A DNA stretch of 64,000 nt. Source: an uncultured Holophagales bacterium. GTDB lineage: Bacteria > Acidobacteriota > Thermoanaerobaculia > Multivoradales > UBA5704. Where the stretch lies: the NCBI GenBank assembly GCA_963842525.1, contig CAWJGT010000009.1, positions 672,001 through 736,000 of the forward strand. The letters run 5' to 3'. This document shows positions 56,110 to 64,000 of the stretch, in pieces. The translations under genes and the position numbers were made by a program. Each line of letters opens with the position of its first letter. Position 1 is the first letter of the stretch. The notes under the pieces are model-generated. The model was given only the letters and a program-made list of their open reading frames with translations, did not search any database and was not told the DNA's origin.

Positions 56110-58925
56110 CCGGGGGCGCTCCGCCGAACTGCTCCCACCCTCTATACGCTCAGCCTCTTCGCAGCCGGAGCCTCCATCCTGCAAGGCCGGGTGGCCGCCC
56201 CGGAGCCTACGGTCGTGAACGCCGGCCTCCGGTCCTCCGGCGCGCCCGCCCAATTCCCCTGCCCCCGCCCATTTGATGGGGAGGGCCTGCGAGCATTCGT
56301 GCCCCGCCAGAGTAGCTCCGGCTCGGCCCACCTATCCGACCGCCCGCTCCGCCGACCGGAGCTACTCTGGCGGTAGAGCCATCGTGGCTCCCGCAGCTTT
56401 CCGCCCCGCAGATCGGCTCCGCGCGGGGCGCTCCGCCGAACTGCTCCCGCCCTCTCTGCGCTCGACCTCTTCGCAGTCGGAGCCTCCATCCTGCAAGGCC
56501 GGGTGGGCGCGCCGAAGCCTGCGGTCGTGAACAGCCGTCCTCCGGTCCTTCGGCGCGCCCACCCAATCCCCGGCCGCCCACCCATTTGATGGGGAGGGCC
56601 CGCGAGCTGTCGTGTCTCGCCAGAGAAGCTCCGGCTCGGCCCACCACCCGCCCACCCGCTCCGCCGACCGGAGCTACTCTGGCGGTAGAGCCATCGTGGG
56701 TCCCGCAGCTTTCCGCCCCGCAGCTTGACTCCGCTGGCGCTCCGCAACCTGCTCCCACCCGCGCGAGGTCCGCCCGCCGGCGGTGACGGCGGCCGTCTTT
56801 TGAAAAGGTCGGGTGGCCGCGCCAGAGCCTGCGGCCGTGAAAGGCCGTTCTCCGGTCCTCCGGCGCGCCCACCCAATCTCCCGGCCGTCCGCCCATTTTG
56901 ATTTCCCCCGCGCGCGGGATCGGCACAGTGCGCGTGACCACCGGCCGGCCGCCCACTCACGAGCACAGTGCGCGACCCGCTCCACCCACCAGACAAGGTC
57001 CGGCAGCTTGGCTCCGCAAGCTCCACCAACCTGCCGAATCCATTTCGATCTCCACCGACGCAGCTTGACTCCGCTGACGCTCCGCAACCTGTCCCACCCG
57101 CGCGAACCTCATCGGCGGGCGGTGACGGCGGCCGTCTTCTGAAAAGGCCGGGTGGCCGCCCCGGAGCCTACGGCCGCGAACAGCCGTCCTCCGGTCCTCC
57201 GGCGCGCCCACCCAATTCCCCGGCCGCCCGCCCATTTGATGGGGAAGGCCTGCGAGCGTTCGTGCCCTGCCAGAGAAGCTCCGGCTCGGCCCACCTATCC
57301 GCCCACCCGCTCCGCCGACCGGAGCTACTCTGGCGGTGAGCCATCGTGGTCCCCGCAGCTTTCCGCCCCGCAGATCAGCTCCGCGCGGGGCGCTCCGCCG
57401 AACTGCTCCCACCCTCTCTGCGCTCAGCCTCTTCGCATTCGGAGCCTCCATCCTGCAAGGCCGGGCGGCCGCCCCGAAGCCTACGGCCGTGAGCAGCCGT
57501 CCTCCGGTCCTCCGGCGCGCCCACCCAATTCCCCGGCCGCCCACCCATTTGATGGGGAGGCCCGCGAGCTGCCGTGCCCCGCCCAGAGAAGCTCCGGCTC
57601 GGCCCACCACCCGCCCACCCGCTCCGCCGACCGGAGCTACTCTGGCGGTAGCCATCGTGGGTCCCGCAAGCTTTCCGCCCCGCAGCTTGACTCCGCTGGC
57701 GCTCCGCAACCTGCTCCCACCCGCGCGAGGTCCACCCGCCGGCGGTGACGGCGGCCGTCTTTTGAAAAGGCCGGGTGGGCGCGCCAGAGCCTGCGGCCGT
57801 GAACAGCCTGCCTCCGGTCCTCCGGCGCGCCCACCCAATCTCCCGGCCGCCCGCCCATTTGATTTCCCCCGCGCGCGGAATCGGCACAGTGCACGTGACC
57901 ACCACCCAGGCCGCCCACTCACGAGCACAGTGCGCGACCCGCTCCACCCACCAGACAAGGTCCGGCAGATTGGCTCCGCAAGCTCCGCCAACCTGCCGAA
58001 TTCATTTCGATCTCCGCCGACGCAGCTTGACTCCGCTGACGCTCTGCAACCTGCTCCCGCCCGCTCAAGCTCCATCCGAAGGTGGGGGAGGGCAACGTAT
58101 CCAGCGGAGCTCCCGAGAAGGCGCGCCCCCACAAAGACGCTGGCGCAAAACCCACCACCCCGCGCGCCGGGCAGCCGCCGCGGGGATGGCAGCGTCCCGC
58201 CACCCGCGCAAGGCCCAGCCAGCCGTGGGGATGGCAACGTCCCTCCACCCACCCGCGTCCTCGGATCTTTCCTCGCAGGCGCGCCCCCACAAGACGCTGC
58301 GCAAAGCCCGCCGCCCCGCGCGCCGGGCACCGCCGTGGGAGGGCAGCACCCCGCCACCCGACCCTCTCAAGGTCCATTCCGCCGTGGGGATGGCAGCCGT
58401 GTTTCAATAAGGCCGGGTGGCCGCCCCGGAGACTGTGGTCGTGGAAAGCCTGCCGTCGATCCGCCGGTGCGCCCACCCAATCCCCGGCCTCCCACCCCAT
58501 TTTGATGTCCCCCACCCTCCGGCCCGGGAGCTGCCCGCCCCTGGCTCCGGCGGGGGCGGCTCCCCCTCCCACCGGGCGAGGGTCCGATAAATGAACGACT
58601 TTATCCGACCCTCGCCCTGCGCCACTCCCCGCCTACGGGCTTCGCCTTAACATAATGAACTGCACTATGTTAACCAGGGGGGGCACCTACCCGGGCCTCC
58701 CCCCGCAGCAAGGTCCGGCAGATTGGCTCCGCAGGCCGCTGGGAGCCATGTCTTCGAAGCGCTCCGCCAACCTGCCGGGTTTATTCGACCACCCCGCCCC
58801 GCCCATCCCCCTCCGGCCCCTTCCAGGGGCCTCGGCCGAAGGCCGGGTGGCCCCGCTAAGCCTGCGGCCGTGAGAAGTCGGCCTCCGGTCCTCCAGCGGG
58901 CCCACCCAATCCCGAGCCGATTTCA
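56110..58925. repeat. Modular array of ~310-bp hairpin-rich repeat units (8 core copies), apparently non-coding
   Basis: Core hairpin GGGTGG...CCACCC starts at 56189, 56501, 56811, 57150, 57463, 57773, 58415 and 58845. Confidence 0.92.
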
Positions 58926-59028
58926 TCCCCGCCCGCCACCCCCAACCGCCGCCCGGCGGGGCCGTCCACCACCCTTCCTGCGAGTGTTCAGCTACAGCGG
59001 CTTAAATAAGACGGTTTCGCCCCCTCAA

Positions 59029-59458
59029 AAATCGCGGAAAACCCAATCCCGGCGGCCCTTTTCCCTGTGGAAAAAACGGAACTGGGTTTCGTTTTTGGAG
59101 CTGTGCAGGGAGGCGGGGGGGTCTGCGCGACGGATGAGCGCGGCCAAAACCAAGCTGGACGGGCGTTTCCGCGACGCCGCCCGGCCGGAAAAAGCACTCA
59201 GCAGAAGCGGACTTTTGTTGAATCCTCCCGCCGCTCCCTCTACGGCCTGAGCGGGCTCGACCGCAGCATCATTCGCTGCACCCGCGCCAGCCGCCGCGCC
59301 CCCCTCCCGAACCTCTCCCGCCCCATGGTTTTAACTACCTTCCTGCGGTTGCCTTTCTGCGCCGGTTAGAACCGGCTTTTTGATCTCCCCAAATCGCGGG
59401 AAACTCAATCCCGGCGGCCTTTTCCCCTGTGGAAAAAACGAAACCAGTTCCGTTTTCC
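59029..59458. repeat. Pair of ~70-bp AT-richer direct repeats
   Basis: AAATCGCGG.AAAC.CAATCCCGGCGGCC.TTT.CCCTGTGGAAAAAACG.AAC at ~59029 and ~59391. Confidence 0.85.
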
Positions 59459-59636
59459 GTAGTGGAGGCGGCCGAGAGAAGGTCTGGACGACGGTTCACC
59501 ACAGCCAAACCCTTGCCAGACAAGCACTTCCGAGATGCCACCCAGCCGGAAACCGCGGTGATCAGAATAACGTTTTTGGTCACTCCGCACCAGCGGACGC
59601 ACCTGTCTCTGCGACCCTGCCCAGGACGGCGATCGG

Positions 59637-60686
59637 CTACGGCCGGATGGCCACCTTGAGCACGCCGTCCCGTCGCTCCCCGAAGACGTCATAGGCCTCG
59701 CGATCTGGTCGAGCGGGAAGGTGTGGGTGAGGAGAGGCGTCAGGTCCACCGTCCGTGACGGACGATCTCCATCAGCCGCCGCATCCGCTCCTTGCCGCCC
59801 GGGCACAGGGTCGTCACGATGCGGTGGTCGCCCAGCCCGGCGGCGAAGGCGTCGTATGGGATCTGGAGCTTGCCCGAGTAGACGCCCAGGCTGGAAAGCG
59901 TCCCGCCGGGCCGCAGGCAGCGCAGGCGTTCTCGAACGTCCCCTGCGTACCGAGCGCCTCGATCGCCACGTCCACGCCGCCGCCGGTCAGCCTCTTGACC
60001 TCGGCGACCACGTCCACCTTGCGGTAATCGAGGACCACGTCCGCGCCCATGCGCTTCGCCATCGCGAGGCGGGTCTCGTCGCCGTCGACGCCGATGACCA
60101 GCGACGCGCCCATGAGCTTCGCGCCCGCCGTCGCGCAGAGGCCGATCGGCCCCTGGGCGAACACGACGACCGCGTCGCCGATCTTGACCCCGCCCGATTC
60201 GGCGCCGCTAAAGCCGGTGGACGCGATGTCGGCCAGGAGGACGACCTGTTCGTCGGTCAGACCGTCGGGGATCTTGGCGAGGTTGGCCTGGGCATAGGGA
60301 ACCAGCAGGTATTCGGCCTGCGCGCCGTTGATGGTGTTGCCGAAGCGCCAGCCGCCGATCGCCTCGTAGCCTGTGCCGTGCCCGCACTGCGACGGGTGGC
60401 CGCGAAGCAGCCATGGCACTGGCCGCAGGGCGTGATGGCCCCGACCAGCACCCGGTCGCCGACCTCGTACCCGGTGACGCCCGCGCCGAGCTCCGCGATC
60501 ACGCCGACCGGCTCGTGGCCGATGAGAGACCCGGGCGGACCGGATATTCGCCGCGCACGATGTGCAGGTCGGTGCCGCAGATCGTGGTCAGCGTGACACG
60601 GATGACCGCCTCGCCGGGGCCGGCCTCCGGCCGCGGGACCTCGTCGACTCGAATGTCGCCCGTCCGTGAAAGACGGTCGCCTTCAT
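59637..60686 (-). pseudogene. Zn-dependent alcohol dehydrogenase, several frameshifts (pseudogene or read errors)
   Basis: TTICGTDLH, GHE, AITPCGQC, LADIASTG, QGPIG and VLKVAI pieces are spread over different frames. Confidence 0.88.
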
Positions 60687-60899
60687 GGCCTTCCTCTTTA
60701 GGGTCCTGGGAACTCAGGGCGATCTCTTCGACGGGCGGCAGGAACGGCCGGGCCGGCGCGTCTGTCATGGGGGAGAATCCTCCCTTCCTACGTTCCCTAA
60801 TCTGACAGGCGGGTCTTGCGATGAGTGACACCCTGAAGAAGAGCGGAGCACATAGTACACGGGAGGGCGGGGAGACCCCCGCCCTGTGGGGTGGGGGCC

Positions 60900-63533
<2,634 letters not shown>

Positions 63534-63667
63534 CGAGCCTCCTCACCGTACGCTTCTCGCGGCGATCCTATCCGGCCGTTTCCCGCCAGAAGGCCACCCT
63601 AGGGGGTAGGGACAGCCCTGCCCCACGACAGGTTGCGCCTCGCCGGAAGTCACGGGATGATCCCCCA

Positions 63668-64000
63668 ATGACGCACGCAGAGCCCTTGAAGACCGACGAT
63701 GTCAGGACCGACCAGGACCGCGACTGGCTGCAGACGCCCGAGCAATGGACGCGCTTCCTCTCCGCGCTCATGCATGAGCTGCGGACGCCCATCGCAAGCC
63801 TCCGGATGCTGGCCGATCTGCTGGCCGAATCGTCCCAGGGACACCTCGGCGGCCAGGAAAGACGCTACACCGAAAACATCCAGGAAGTCGTCCAGGACAT
63901 CCAGTCCCTCGCCGGCGACGTGTCTGACCTGGCACGGCTGCTGGCCGGAAGAGCCCAGGTCCGGTCTGAGGAAGTCACCCTGGAGCAGCTCGTCGGTCAG
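63668..64000 (+). CDS. Sensor histidine kinase (HisKA), 3'-partial
   Basis: FLSALMHELRTPIASL H-box; the frame stays open to the window end. Confidence 0.8.
   Translation, partial: MTHAEPLKTDDVRTDQDRDWLQTPEQWTRFLSALMHELRTPIASLRMLADLLAESSQGHLGGQERRYTENIQEVVQDIQSLAGDVSDLARLLAGRAQVRSEEVTLEQLVGQ

Noticed and set aside
55142-58594. Long ORFs across the repeat array (e.g. 56957..58357, 57336..58505)
   Set aside because: Unit lengths are mostly not multiples of three, frames switch between units, and the Arg/Pro/Gly-rich translations are typical of stop-poor GC-rich non-coding DNA.
56110-58925. 310-bp array as CRISPR or integron cassette array
   Set aside because: The intervening modules are themselves repeated; there are no RYYYAAC/GTTRRRY attC ends, cassette ORFs, intI or cas genes.

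Overview
A 64-kb GC-rich bacterial chromosome segment. The secreted-protein domain style and paralog families suggest Acidobacteriota (Thermoanaerobaculia-like), but this is an inference. It opens with the 3' part of rpoB, then rpoC and a terminator, followed by a HicB/HicA-like pair and secreted enzymes (S41 peptidase, Ntn hydrolase, metzincin-FN3 protease). About 16.6-29 kb is an accessory region bracketed by two diverged copies of a ~370-bp segment. It contains a secreted DAGxxMDPDG-repeat peptide gene upstream of a Zn-finger/TPR protein, a complete ISAzo13-family IS, a Cys-rich secreted peptide, a membrane protein + TIR-domain operon, a HigBA-type TA pair, gene fragments and a transposase-less element with ISAzo13-type ends. 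From 29 to 54 kb: acyl-CoA dehydrogenase, a REC-Ser/Thr kinase, a Septu/PtuAB-like ATPase+HNH pair, an APH-family kinase, an ABC pair, a PHP-UvrD helicase, a VapBC pair with a damaged toxin, an NCS2 permease, three tandem membrane paralogs, a hydrolase-TPR fusion, a GAF kinase + REC-PP2C pair and an osmoprotectant ABC transporter. About 54-59.6 kb has no credible genes and holds a modular array of ~310-bp hairpin-rich repeats. The window ends with heavily frameshifted alcohol dehydrogenase and P-type ATPase genes and a partial histidine kinase. Scattered single-base frameshifts, densest at the end, suggest long-read assembly errors. The best novelty candidates are the peptide/TPR pair, the structured repeat array, palindromic repeats translated inside proteins, and the membrane-TIR operon. 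All calls are from reading motifs by eye; no searches were run.
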